Part shown: positions 1 through 8,172 of the stretch, piece by piece
Numbering within the stretch: position 1 is the stretch's first letter
How the letters are laid out: each line of letters opens with the position of its first letter
Source of the DNA: Candidatus Sumerlaeia bacterium
Lineage (GTDB): Bacteria > Sumerlaeota > Sumerlaeia > SLMS01
Assembly (NCBI GenBank): GCA_038208905.1
Contig: JBBQYG010000093.1
Span: 1 to 15,245 of the forward strand
DNA: 15,245 nucleotides
Reading direction: 5' to 3'
Made by a program: the position numbers and the translations under genes
Notes under the pieces: generated by a model
Databases searched by the model: none
The model's input: the letters and a program-made list of their open reading frames with translations, nothing else
What the model was told of the DNA's origin: nothing

Positions 1-2348
1 GCGATCTCGGGGGGAAGCGGAGTGTCTTCCCCCACGGTGTAATCCAGATTCACCTCGATTCCATAGCGTTCCGAATTCTGCCGCGTCAGCCACTCCACCG
101 TCGGTTTGAGCCCCAAGTCGTCCAGCATCGTGGGGCGAAGATCGAGACTGATCGACCGGAGGTCCGCGATGATCTGCGCCGCAAGCTCGCGGGCCTCGCT
201 GATGCGGCCCGCCAGCTTCGCCTCGTCTCCCGACTTTGATGCGCCGCGAATCGCCTCCAGGACGTACTTCATCGCGGTGAGTTGCTGCCCCACGCCATCG
301 TGGAGCTCGCGGCTGATGCGGCCACGCTCGGTCTCCTGCGCGGTCATGATCTGCACGCTCAGGCGGCGGAGGTCTTCCTGCTGTTCGCGCAGCGAGGCGA
401 ATCCCTGCGCATTGCTGAGCGCCAGCGCCGCCTGCGCCACCAGCGCCCCCAGCGTTTCGACGTGGGAACTGTCGTAGGCGCCATATGTGGCCGACTGCGC
501 GCAGACAACGCCGCCGACATGCTCGCGCGAGGAGAAGGGAATTGCCAACGCGCTCGGCAGCACCGTCAGGCCGGGGTGGCGCTTCTGATCCTGCAGGCCG
601 TTGTCGCCGCGGGTCTGCAGAAAGACTTCCGGTCTCCCGCCGCTCAGCGCCGCGCGGACGAGGGGATGGCCCCTTGGAATCCGCTCCGACTCCGTGCTCA
701 CCGCGAAGGAGTCGTCCGGCTCCCGCGTGGCGGCGAAGACAACCTCCAGTTCGTCCGAGTCCGGCCTCGCCATCGCGATCTGGAAGTCGTCGATCGGCAG
801 CACCGTCCGCACCTTCTCGAAGAGCAGCCTGTGAATCGCCGCCGGGTCCATTGTGCGCATCAACGCCTGGCTCAGTTCGGAGAGCGCCGTCACGCGCAGG
901 AGCTGCGTCTTGGTCTCTTCCTCGGCGCGCTCCTTTGCTGTGATGTCGATGAAGTACGCCGCCATCACCGCGGAGTCCCCCACGCGCAGGGCGCGGCAGG
1001 ACTGCAGCGCGACGATGATGTCGCCGCCGCTGGTCTTCAGGTGCGTCGTCGCGGAGCCCTCGCCGTTCTGCCTCACGTGGCGCAGCCACTCCATCGACCC
1101 GGATCGATCCGCGTCGGAGAGGAGCTGCTCGTAGTTCATCCCCGCCAGCGCCTTGCGGCTGAATCCCAGCATCCGCACCAGGCCGTCGTTGACCTCCTCG
1201 ATACGCCCGGTAAGCAGATTGATAACCGCGGAGCCAAGCGCCGACTGCTCGAAGAGCGCGCGGAACTTGCGCTCGCTCTGTGAGTATTGCAGCAGCAGCG
1301 CCGTCTTGTCCTGCTTCACCGCCTTGATCGATTCCACCGCGCGGTCAAAGGCCTTGTCGCGTTCCGCCAGCGCGCGCGAGGTCTCCAGTGCCGCGCCCAG
1401 GTGAAACGCGAACACCGTCAGGAAATTCAAGTCGAACTGGCTGAAGCAATACGGCGTCGTCAGGTTCTCGACATAGAGCGCGCCGCGCACCTCCCCGCGC
1501 ACGATCAGCGGCGCGCACATCATTGACCGCACGCCCCGGCTCTGCAGCGAATCGGCCCCGCTGAATCGCGGATCCTTTCGCGCATCCACCGCATAGACGG
1601 CGCGCATCTCGTCCACCACGCGGCGCAGGACCGTCTTGCTCGGGTGGGTGAAGGTGATGAACGGCGCGGTGAAGCCCATTTGATAGACCACACCCAGCGC
1701 AGACGCCTCGGGATCGAACTGGATCACCGCGACGTTCTCCACCATCGGAAATACGCCCTTGAGCGCCGCCACGAACTGCTCGCAGACCTGCTGCGGATGG
1801 GAGAAATTCCCCATGCTGGAGACCACGTTCATGATCACCAGGAGGTTTGCCCACGCCTGGTTCAGTTTGTTGACGCGGTCGCGGAGATCCTCGCCGTCCG
1901 CCAGTTGGGAGAACGGCGACGTGAACTCGTTCTGGGGATCCTTGCGAAGGATGCGCTCCAGATCGATGGCCCGGATCACCTCCAGCACGCCTCCCGTCCC
2001 ATCGGGGCGCACCCTGATGCTGTCGGTCCCATCCTTCTCCGTGCTCCACGTTGGCTCGTCCAGCATCTTGACCTGGCAATCGCCGATCATCAGCACGTCG
2101 CCCACATGCAGCGCCGCGTCCACGATCAGCTCGCCGTTGAGCCGCGTGCCATTGAGCGATTCGCAATCGTGCACGAAAACCTGATCGCCGGAGAGCCGCA
2201 ATTCCACATGGACGCGCGACACGTTGCGGTCCTTCAGTACGATCTCGTTCTCCGCCCCGCGGCCCAGGCGAACTGGCAACTTGGGGATCGTTCGGACGAT
2301 CACGGTGCCGTCGGGCTGGACGACTCGGAGGTGGATGGGATTCTTCAT
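1..2348 (-). CDS. FHA-GAF-PAS-GAF sensor histidine kinase (HisKA_3, NarX/UhpB-like); 3' end, including most of the HATPase domain, lies outside the window
   Basis: Manual translation from ATG at 2348 is open for 782 codons to the left edge. FHA motifs: LGRGAENEIVL..NVSRVH..SLNGT. GAF: DPRFSGADSL..RSMMCAPLIVRGEVRGALYV. PAS: SERKFRALFEQ..EVNDGLVRMLGFS..YFIDIT. Second GAF: SALAIPF..GVVCAQS. H-box: AQETERGRISRELHDGVGQQL (His codon 300-302), followed by LRPTMLDDLGL. Confidence 0.93.
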   Translation of the reverse strand, partial: MKNPIHLRVVQPDGTVIVRTIPKLPVRLGRGAENEIVLKDRNVSRVHVELRLSGDQVFVHDCESLNGTRLNGELIVDAALHVGDVLMIGDCQVKMLDEPTWSTEKDGTDSIRVRPDGTGGVLEVIRAIDLERILRKDPQNEFTSPFSQLADGEDLRDRVNKLNQAWANLLVIMNVVSSMGNFSHPQQVCEQFVAALKGVFPMVENVAVIQFDPEASALGVVYQMGFTAPFITFTHPSKTVLRRVVDEMRAVYAVDARKDPRFSGADSLQSRGVRSMMCAPLIVRGEVRGALYVENLTTPYCFSQFDLNFLTVFAFHLGAALETSRALAERDKAFDRAVESIKAVKQDKTALLLQYSQSERKFRALFEQSALGSAVINLLTGRIEEVNDGLVRMLGFSRKALAGMNYEQLLSDADRSGSMEWLRHVRQNGEGSATTHLKTSGGDIIVALQSCRALRVGDSAVMAAYFIDITAKERAEEETKTQLLRVTALSELSQALMRTMDPAAIHRLLFEKVRTVLPIDDFQIAMARPDSDELEVVFAATREPDDSFAVSTESERIPRGHPLVRAALSGGRPEVFLQTRGDNGLQDQKRHPGLTVLPSALAIPFSSREHVGGVVCAQSATYGAYDSSHVETLGALVAQAALALSNAQGFASLREQQEDLRRLSVQIMTAQETERGRISRELHDGVGQQLTAMKYVLEAIRGASKSGDEAKLAGRISEARELAAQIIADLRSISLDLRPTMLDDLGLKPTVEWLTRQNSERYGIEVNLDYTVGEDTPLPPEI

Positions 2349-2353
2349 TGCGG

Positions 2354-2417
2354 CCCTGACGGGGAGAGCACTCCGTTTTCTCGGACTCACGGAGTATTTT
2401 TTGCTCAGGAGTCAGGG
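2354..2417. repeat. Nested inverted repeat in the divergent intergenic region
   Basis: CCCTGAC(2354-60)/GTCAGGG(2411-17), GAGCA(2366-70)/TGCTC(2402-06) and CTCCGT(2371-76)/ACGGAG(2389-94) are nested complementary pairs. Confidence 0.6.
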
Positions 2418-2448
2418 ATCAATACCTTTGGGTCAAAGGAGCCACCAG

Positions 2449-2682
2449 ATGCGGAAAATCATGCAATACGAGCACCTGGATACGGGAGTACGGATGGAAG
2501 TCGCCTTCGATCTGGACGACGAAGGGGGGCGTTGGGCCGCCCGGATGGAGACAATGGGCGCCGAAGGGCCCATCAAGGCCCCAGTCTTCTACGGGAAAAC
2601 CCCCGAACAGGCCGAAAGACAACTGAGGAAGGTATTCGAGAAGGAATATGAACTCCTCGGCCAGAGTATTGTCGAGAAATAA
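2449..2682 (+). CDS. Small 77-aa protein resembling the HicB N-terminal (partial RNase H-like) fold
   Basis: AAAGGAG Shine-Dalgarno at 2435-2441 and ATG at 2449. MEVAFDLDDEGGRWAARM...FYGKTPEQAERQLRKVF resembles the HicB pattern (DEDGGY/W...G-x-T-x-E-E-A). The track ORF start at 2224 overlaps the kinase gene and is over-extended. Confidence 0.75.
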   Translation: MRKIMQYEHLDTGVRMEVAFDLDDEGGRWAARMETMGAEGPIKAPVFYGKTPEQAERQLRKVFEKEYELLGQSIVEK

Positions 2683-2741
2683 GTTGTCGAAAATCCCGGA
2701 ACTCCGGGCCGCCGCCGTCGACGCCTTGCCACAATGTGTTT

Positions 2742-2756
2742 TGGGAAAAGAATTGC
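2742..2756 (+). promoter_or_regulatory. Possible sigma-54 (-24/-12) promoter upstream of the NtrC-family gene
   Basis: TGGGAAAAGAATTGC has correct GG-N10-GC spacing and a TTGC -12 element, but the -24 element deviates from TGGCACG. Confidence 0.25.
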
Positions 2757-2882
2757 CGCCACACCCGTGAAAGAAGGTGTTGCGACGCCCCGGGTCTCGA
2801 TTTAGGACTAGACTCATAAATCAGGATGCTGGGCTCGGTGGCCCGTGCAAGTTGAAGGAGCGCTACCCGGGGAACACGCGGG

Positions 2883-4319
2883 ATGGCCAATACCAAAAAT
2901 ATTCACGAGACGATGCCACTAAGAATCCAGATTCTGGACGATGACTTTATCACCATCGCCATGCTCACCCGAGTTCTCACAGGCCAGCAGTGGGAGGTTT
3001 TTTCCGCTAAGTCCATCGGCGAGGCCACTGGACAGCTCTCCAATTTCTTCCCCGACATTGCGATCGTCGATGTCCATCTGCAGAACGAGGACGGCCTCAC
3101 CTTTGTCCAGTCCCTGCGCCGTAACTATCCAGACATCGGTATCGTCGTCATCTCGGCGGAGGACACGGACTCCCTCGCGCAGAAGGCCATCGCGAGCGGC
3201 GCCGACAACTTCCTGTCCAAGCCCATTTCTCCCGCCGCGCTGACTCTCACTGTCAACAAGCTGGCGGAACTCCGCGACGAGCGCGCCCGGGCGAACTCTC
3301 TCGAGCATGAACTTGAGCGCTCTGTCCGCGACGCTGTCTTTCCGGAGATCCTCACCAACAGCGACCAGATGAAGGCCGTCCTTCGCCTCGTCGAGAAGGT
3401 CAGCCCGCGCGACCTCTCCGTTCTCATCTTCGGAGAAAGCGGTACCGGCAAGGAACTCGTTGCGCGCGCCATCCATCAGAACAGCACGCGGCGCCGGGGC
3501 GCATTCGTGGAACTCAACTGCGCTGCGCTTCCGCCCAACCTGGTCGAGAGCGAGCTTTTTGGACACGAAAAGGGGGCCTTCACTGGGGCCATCGCATCGC
3601 GCGCCGGCAAGATCGAACTCGCCCACGGCGGCACGCTCTTCCTGGACGAGATTGGCGAACTCCCCCTCGATATACAGCCCAAGCTTCTACGCGCCTTGCA
3701 GGAGCGCCGCATCACGCGCGTGGGCGGCAAGAAAGACATCGAGTGTGACTTCCGCCTCGTGACCGCCACGCATCGCGACCTCCTCAACGAGGTCCGCGCC
3801 AACAACTTCCGCGAGGATCTCTTCTACCGGGTCGCCGTGTTCCCGATCAAGCTGCCGCCGCTGCGCGACCGGGTTGTGGATATCCACCTGCTGCTCGAGC
3901 AGTTTCTCCGCCAAGAGGGCGTTCGCAATCCCCGCGTCAGCGACGAGGCGCGCGCGATCCTTCAGACCTACCGCTGGCCGGGGAATATCCGGGAGTTGAA
4001 GAACTTCGCCCAGGCGGTTCCTCTCCTCAGCGACCGCGAGGAAATCGACGAGGCGGCTGTGCGCATCTATTTCGGATCGCGCCTGGGCGACACCAACGGG
4101 CATCGCCCCACCTTGGGCGCGTTCGGATCGGGATTCGCCGCAGGCGAAAACAGATCGGTTCGCAAGCTGGAGGACGTCGAGCGGGAGGAAATCCTTCACG
4201 CGCTTCGGTTCTTCAAGGGCAATGTCCCCGAGGCCGCCATGGCCCTCGGGATGGGCCGCGCCACTCTCTACAAGTACATCAAGAAATCGGGACTCGATTT
4301 GGCCAACTACGCGTCCTGA
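2883..4319 (+). CDS. Sigma-54-dependent response regulator, NtrC/AtoC family (REC-AAA+-Fis HTH); start may be ATG 2913
   Basis: REC: ILDDD, IVDV phosphoacceptor, ISA, SKP. Walker A GESGTGKE, ESELFGHEKGAFTGA, Walker B LFLDEIGE, FREDLFYR, WPGNIREL. C-terminal GNVPEAAMALGMGRATLYKYI. Confidence 0.97.
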   Translation: MANTKNIHETMPLRIQILDDDFITIAMLTRVLTGQQWEVFSAKSIGEATGQLSNFFPDIAIVDVHLQNEDGLTFVQSLRRNYPDIGIVVISAEDTDSLAQKAIASGADNFLSKPISPAALTLTVNKLAELRDERARANSLEHELERSVRDAVFPEILTNSDQMKAVLRLVEKVSPRDLSVLIFGESGTGKELVARAIHQNSTRRRGAFVELNCAALPPNLVESELFGHEKGAFTGAIASRAGKIELAHGGTLFLDEIGELPLDIQPKLLRALQERRITRVGGKKDIECDFRLVTATHRDLLNEVRANNFREDLFYRVAVFPIKLPPLRDRVVDIHLLLEQFLRQEGVRNPRVSDEARAILQTYRWPGNIRELKNFAQAVPLLSDREEIDEAAVRIYFGSRLGDTNGHRPTLGAFGSGFAAGENRSVRKLEDVEREEILHALRFFKGNVPEAAMALGMGRATLYKYIKKSGLDLANYAS

Positions 4320-4563
4320 GGAGCCTTGTCATCCGGCTCGTCTCTTAATGCGGAGATCACATCGTCGAAGAACTCAACGCCCTCGCCCCTTGGCGGAGAC
4401 TGCGTAGTCCACCATAGGGTTTGTGGAAAGGAGTTGCCTTGGCGATGACCTTCGCCAAGTCGCCGCCCCACAGATCAGGATTGCCTCCCGCGCCACCCCA
4501 CCGCCTCTTGGAATTGGTCCTCGGATGGACCACATCTGCCCTGGGAATTCCGCGCCAATCGCC

Positions 4564-5694
4564 ATGTTCAAGAGAGTCCTCGTCACCGGGGGGGCCGGCT
4601 TCATCGGCTCCCACACAATCGATCTCCTGCTGCGCCAAGGCGCCAAGGTTCGCGTCCTCGACAATCTGGAGCCCCAGGTTCACGGCCTGATAGACGCGCC
4701 GCCGGCCTACCTGAGCCGCGAGGCCGAGTTTGTTCGTGGGGATGTACTGGACCGCGACGCTCTGACAAAGGCCCTGGTTGGCTGCGATGCCGTCATCCAC
4801 GACGCCGCCATGGTGGGCGTCGGCCAGTCCCAGTACCAGATTCACCGCTACGCCAACGTCAACACCGCGGGCACGGCGATGCTTCTCGATATCCTCGTGA
4901 ACGAGAAGACCAGCGTGGAGCGCCTGATGGTCGCCAGCTCCATGAGCATCTACGGCGAGGGCCTGTATCGTCGCCCCTCGGACGGAGCCAGGCTCGCCCC
5001 GACGCTTCGGCCCGACAGCCAACTGGCCGCCCATGATTTCGAGATGCGAGATCCGGAGACCGGCGAAGCCCTGACGCCGATCCCAACGCCCGAGAGCAAG
5101 CCCCTCCACTGCACTTCCATCTATGCCCTTAGCAAGAAGGATCAGGAGGAGTACTGCCTTGTCGCCGGGCGCGCCCACGGCATGTCGGTGGTGGCGTGCC
5201 GCTTCTTCAACGTCTATGGCCCACGCCAGTCGCTGTCCAATCCGTACACTGGGGTCGCGGCGATTTTCTCCTCGCGGATCAAGAACGGAAACGCGCCGCT
5301 TATCTACGAGGACGGCCTCCAGTCCCGAGACTTTATCGACGTGCGCGACCTCGCCGCGGCGAAGCTGCACCTCCTGACGAATCCTCAGGCAAACCTAGAG
5401 GCGTTCAATATCTGCACCGGCCGCCCGACGCCCGTCGTCGATGTGGCCCGCGTGCTGGCTCGTCTATACGGTCGCCCGGACCTTGAGCCAACGATCGCCA
5501 AGAGCTATCGCTCCGGCGACATTCGTCACTGCTACGGCGATCCATCCCGACTCGCGGAACTCGGATGGAAATCCTCCATCGGATTCGAGGATGGGATGCG
5601 CCACCTCGTCGAATGGTCCGCCGAGCAGGAAGCCAACGATCAGGTCGAGACCGCCCACAGGGAATTGGTGGCGCGCGGCTTGATCAAAGCCTGA
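4564..5694 (+). CDS. NAD-dependent nucleotide-sugar epimerase/dehydratase (extended SDR; WbiB-like)
   Basis: MFKRVLVTGGAGFIGSH Rossmann motif, SSMSIYG, catalytic YALSK, RFFNVYGP, RDFIDV. True start ATG 4564. Confidence 0.95.
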   Translation: MFKRVLVTGGAGFIGSHTIDLLLRQGAKVRVLDNLEPQVHGLIDAPPAYLSREAEFVRGDVLDRDALTKALVGCDAVIHDAAMVGVGQSQYQIHRYANVNTAGTAMLLDILVNEKTSVERLMVASSMSIYGEGLYRRPSDGARLAPTLRPDSQLAAHDFEMRDPETGEALTPIPTPESKPLHCTSIYALSKKDQEEYCLVAGRAHGMSVVACRFFNVYGPRQSLSNPYTGVAAIFSSRIKNGNAPLIYEDGLQSRDFIDVRDLAAAKLHLLTNPQANLEAFNICTGRPTPVVDVARVLARLYGRPDLEPTIAKSYRSGDIRHCYGDPSRLAELGWKSSIGFEDGMRHLVEWSAEQEANDQVETAHRELVARGLIKA

Positions 5695-5717
5695 ATTCCA
5701 TTCGGCGGAAGGAAAAC

Positions 5718-7505
5718 GTGGGAAAGAGGAAGAGGCAAGAGCATCGCGGCGATCCCGGGCGCACCTCGGACCGCGTCGCCCCGTATGCGCTGCTTGTGGC
5801 CATCGCGACCGCGCTGTGGCTCGGCATCTTCCTGTTCCGCCTGCTGGGCCCGCCGAATCTTCTGGCCAACGATCAAGAAAAAACGGCGGCCTACGTCCTC
5901 GATGCGTACGCCAACGGGAACTGGATCATCCAGCAGGATGCCGTTGGCAATGTCTCCTCCAAGCCGCCGATGATGACGTGGCTGATGGCACTGACGGCGG
6001 TTGCGAGCGGGGGAGTGGACGACTTCTCCCTCTATCTCGCGCCGGGCCTCTGCGTCCTCGCCGTAACCTGGATGATTCTCGCCGTGGGATGGTTCGCCAG
6101 GAACCAGACGGCGGGGTTCCTGGGCGCGATGGCATATCTCTTATCGACGGCCGCGTTCAAGCAGGTGCACCTCGCGCGCACGGATCCGCTCTTCTCCGTC
6201 TTTGTTTTCGGCGGAGCGCTGCTGGTTTGGCGCGCGGCCACGGGGCGGGGATCGTGGAATTGGTTCTGGCTGGTGGCCGCGCTGGCCACTCTGACGAAGG
6301 GGCCCTTGGGGCTCCTCATCCCGCTGCTTGGCTTGCCGGGGCTCATGCTCGCGCCGCGCGAGCACGATGTTTCCGATGAACTCACCATTGATGGCGTCCG
6401 CCGCGAGAAGCGCCGCCGCACCATCCAGCGGACGATTCGCTCGCTCGTTCCGGGCCTCGCAATCTTTCTGGGCATCGTGGGTCTTTGGGCCCTGCTTGCC
6501 CTCGCCGTGGAGGGCCGCGCACTCATCCAGAAGATGATCGGCGACGAGCTTGTAGGCCACGCGCTTGAGAGCGGAGGCGGCAAGAGGCCGTTCCAGAATG
6601 CCCACATTCCCATCCTGTACTTTGCTTCGCGGTTTATGCCGTGGTCGCTGCTCGCGTTCTGGGGGATCGGAACGCTTGTCGTGCGCGCGCGCGGCGGCGA
6701 TTCCACAATCCCGTTCTTCCTCGCCAGCTATCTCGTTCTCGGACTCGCGCTCTTCTCGATTTTCCCCCACCATCGCTGGGAGCACCAGTATCCCCTGCTC
6801 CCCGCCGCGGCGCTGCTCGCGGGGTGGCAGCTTTCCGCGATATTCTCGGCGCGCGACACTCGCAGGCTCGCATTTCTCCTGCCCGCCGTTGGCGCCGTGG
6901 TCGTCGCCGGTGGGATCGCTTTTCAGCACTTCCTTCCTCCCCAGCGCGTGAAGGAGTCCATCGCCTCCCGCGAGGCCGCCGCGTATATACGCGAGTCTCT
7001 CGGATCGGAGTTTCCCGTCATGCACGTCGATTCGACGATGGGAACCCAGTTCTATCTGGGAACCATGCGCCAGCGGGTATCGCGCGATCAGGCCCGCGCC
7101 GCGCTTCGCTCCCCCCGCGCAGCCTATGTGCTCGTTCGGGGCGAGGAGAGCCTCGCATTCCTGCAAGCCGACGCAGGTATCCACCCCATACACGAAATCA
7201 AGCGATGGACGGTCCCCGGCGAAGAGGAGGCCTTCCTCCGCCTTGTCAGCAATCGCAATGCACCGGACCGCAGCGCGCGGGTCGTGTTCTACGATCAGGG
7301 GCTGCGTGTGGAGGCCGATGGATTGGACGTCGCGCGGTTGACCCGCCATGCCTTGCGGTTCACCCGGCGCGTTGCGGGAAGTTCCCTGCGAATTGTGAAC
7401 GAAACGGGCTCGCCCGCGGCGGCCCGGCTGGAAATCACCGGGCTCGGCGACCCCGTGTCGGAGAACGTGACGCTGGCGCCCGGAGCCGAGTTCCGGCTGC
7501 CCTAG
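5718..7505 (+). CDS. ArnT/PMT-family (GT-C) integral membrane glycosyltransferase with an extended soluble C-terminal region
   Basis: GGAAGGA RBS then GTG 5718. Many TM segments. Family motifs NDQ..AYV, SKPPMMTWL, ARTDPLF, LTKGPLG, MPWS, YPLLPA. Confidence 0.88.
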   Translation: MGKRKRQEHRGDPGRTSDRVAPYALLVAIATALWLGIFLFRLLGPPNLLANDQEKTAAYVLDAYANGNWIIQQDAVGNVSSKPPMMTWLMALTAVASGGVDDFSLYLAPGLCVLAVTWMILAVGWFARNQTAGFLGAMAYLLSTAAFKQVHLARTDPLFSVFVFGGALLVWRAATGRGSWNWFWLVAALATLTKGPLGLLIPLLGLPGLMLAPREHDVSDELTIDGVRREKRRRTIQRTIRSLVPGLAIFLGIVGLWALLALAVEGRALIQKMIGDELVGHALESGGGKRPFQNAHIPILYFASRFMPWSLLAFWGIGTLVVRARGGDSTIPFFLASYLVLGLALFSIFPHHRWEHQYPLLPAAALLAGWQLSAIFSARDTRRLAFLLPAVGAVVVAGGIAFQHFLPPQRVKESIASREAAAYIRESLGSEFPVMHVDSTMGTQFYLGTMRQRVSRDQARAALRSPRAAYVLVRGEESLAFLQADAGIHPIHEIKRWTVPGEEEAFLRLVSNRNAPDRSARVVFYDQGLRVEADGLDVARLTRHALRFTRRVAGSSLRIVNETGSPAAARLEITGLGDPVSENVTLAPGAEFRLP

Positions 7506-7840
7506 CTCTTTTCCCACGCCCGCGTATGCTCGCGGACCTTCTCCACGATTTCGCGCGCCTGCCGTCGGTCGCCCTCGGCGGCTTTCAGGTAGTCGCGCCA
7601 CGCGGCTAGCGCCTCCGCCGATTTCCCTGTCTTCTTCTCGGTCAGCGCGGCGTAGTTATAGTGCGCGCCGGCAAAGGCGGGATCCATGAGCCGCGAATGG
7701 TTGAAGGCCATCCGCGCGCCTTCGTCGTCGCCGTTGTCGTGGAGCCATGTCCCTTCGAGCCAGAGGGACTCCGCCAAGGCGGGATCTTTCCTCCTGAAGA
7801 GAATGCGGACAAGTACTCGAACCTTAGGAACGTACGGCAC
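7502..7840 (-). CDS. Small TPR-repeat protein (112 aa)
   Basis: TPR-like helices AESLWLEGTWLHDNGDDEGARMAFNHSRLMDP and AGAHYNYAAL..AEALAAWRDYL. The GTG start overlaps the upstream TAG stop (TAGTG). Its stop shares the CTAG at 7502-7505 with the convergent gene. Confidence 0.75.
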   Translation of the reverse strand: MPYVPKVRVLVRILFRRKDPALAESLWLEGTWLHDNGDDEGARMAFNHSRLMDPAFAGAHYNYAALTEKKTGKSAEALAAWRDYLKAAEGDRRQAREIVEKVREHTRAWEKS

Positions 7841-8172
7841 TACTCGACGGCCCGCTCGACGCGCCCGGGATTGAAGTCGAGTTCCGCGCGCGCGGGCTCG
7901 TACTCAGGGAACAGGGCGTCGTACTCCGGCCCGTCAATCAACAGGTCCTTCCGGAGCCGGTAGCGGAACTGGTTGATCTCGCAATGGGCCCAGCCCTCGT
8001 CGTTCATGGCCTGGGCGGCGCGCTGATAGCTGCCAGTCTGCTCGAAGAGGGACTTCATCAGCATGTAGCGCGTTTCGGCCAGATAGCACCGGTCGCGGCG
8101 GAAGGTGGCGCAGGAGGAGACCCCGGCCACAAGGGCGGCGAGGAAGAGGGCGGCGGCAATTCGACGGAGCAT
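7840..8172 (-). CDS. Hypothetical lipoprotein (110 aa)
   Basis: ATG at 8172. MLRRIAAALFLAALVAGVSS-C gives a basic n-region, hydrophobic h-region and lipobox. Two more Cys follow in the mature part. The track extension to 8652 is antisense to the RND gene. Confidence 0.8.
   Translation of the reverse strand: MLRRIAAALFLAALVAGVSSCATFRRDRCYLAETRYMLMKSLFEQTGSYQRAAQAMNDEGWAHCEINQFRYRLRKDLLIDGPEYDALFPEYEPARAELDFNPGRVERAVE

Noticed and set aside
106..2651. Long plus-strand ORFs (282-1283, 1644-2651 and others)
   Set aside because: Antisense shadows of the minus-strand kinase, expected from GC-rich codon bias; no recognisable motifs.
2694..2707. CCCGGA-AC-TCCGGG hairpin after the small ORF as a terminator
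   Set aside because: Short stem with no U-tract on the plus strand.
2919..7601. Long minus-strand ORFs (2919-3626, 4357-5370, 6141-7601)
   Set aside because: Antisense to well-supported conserved genes.
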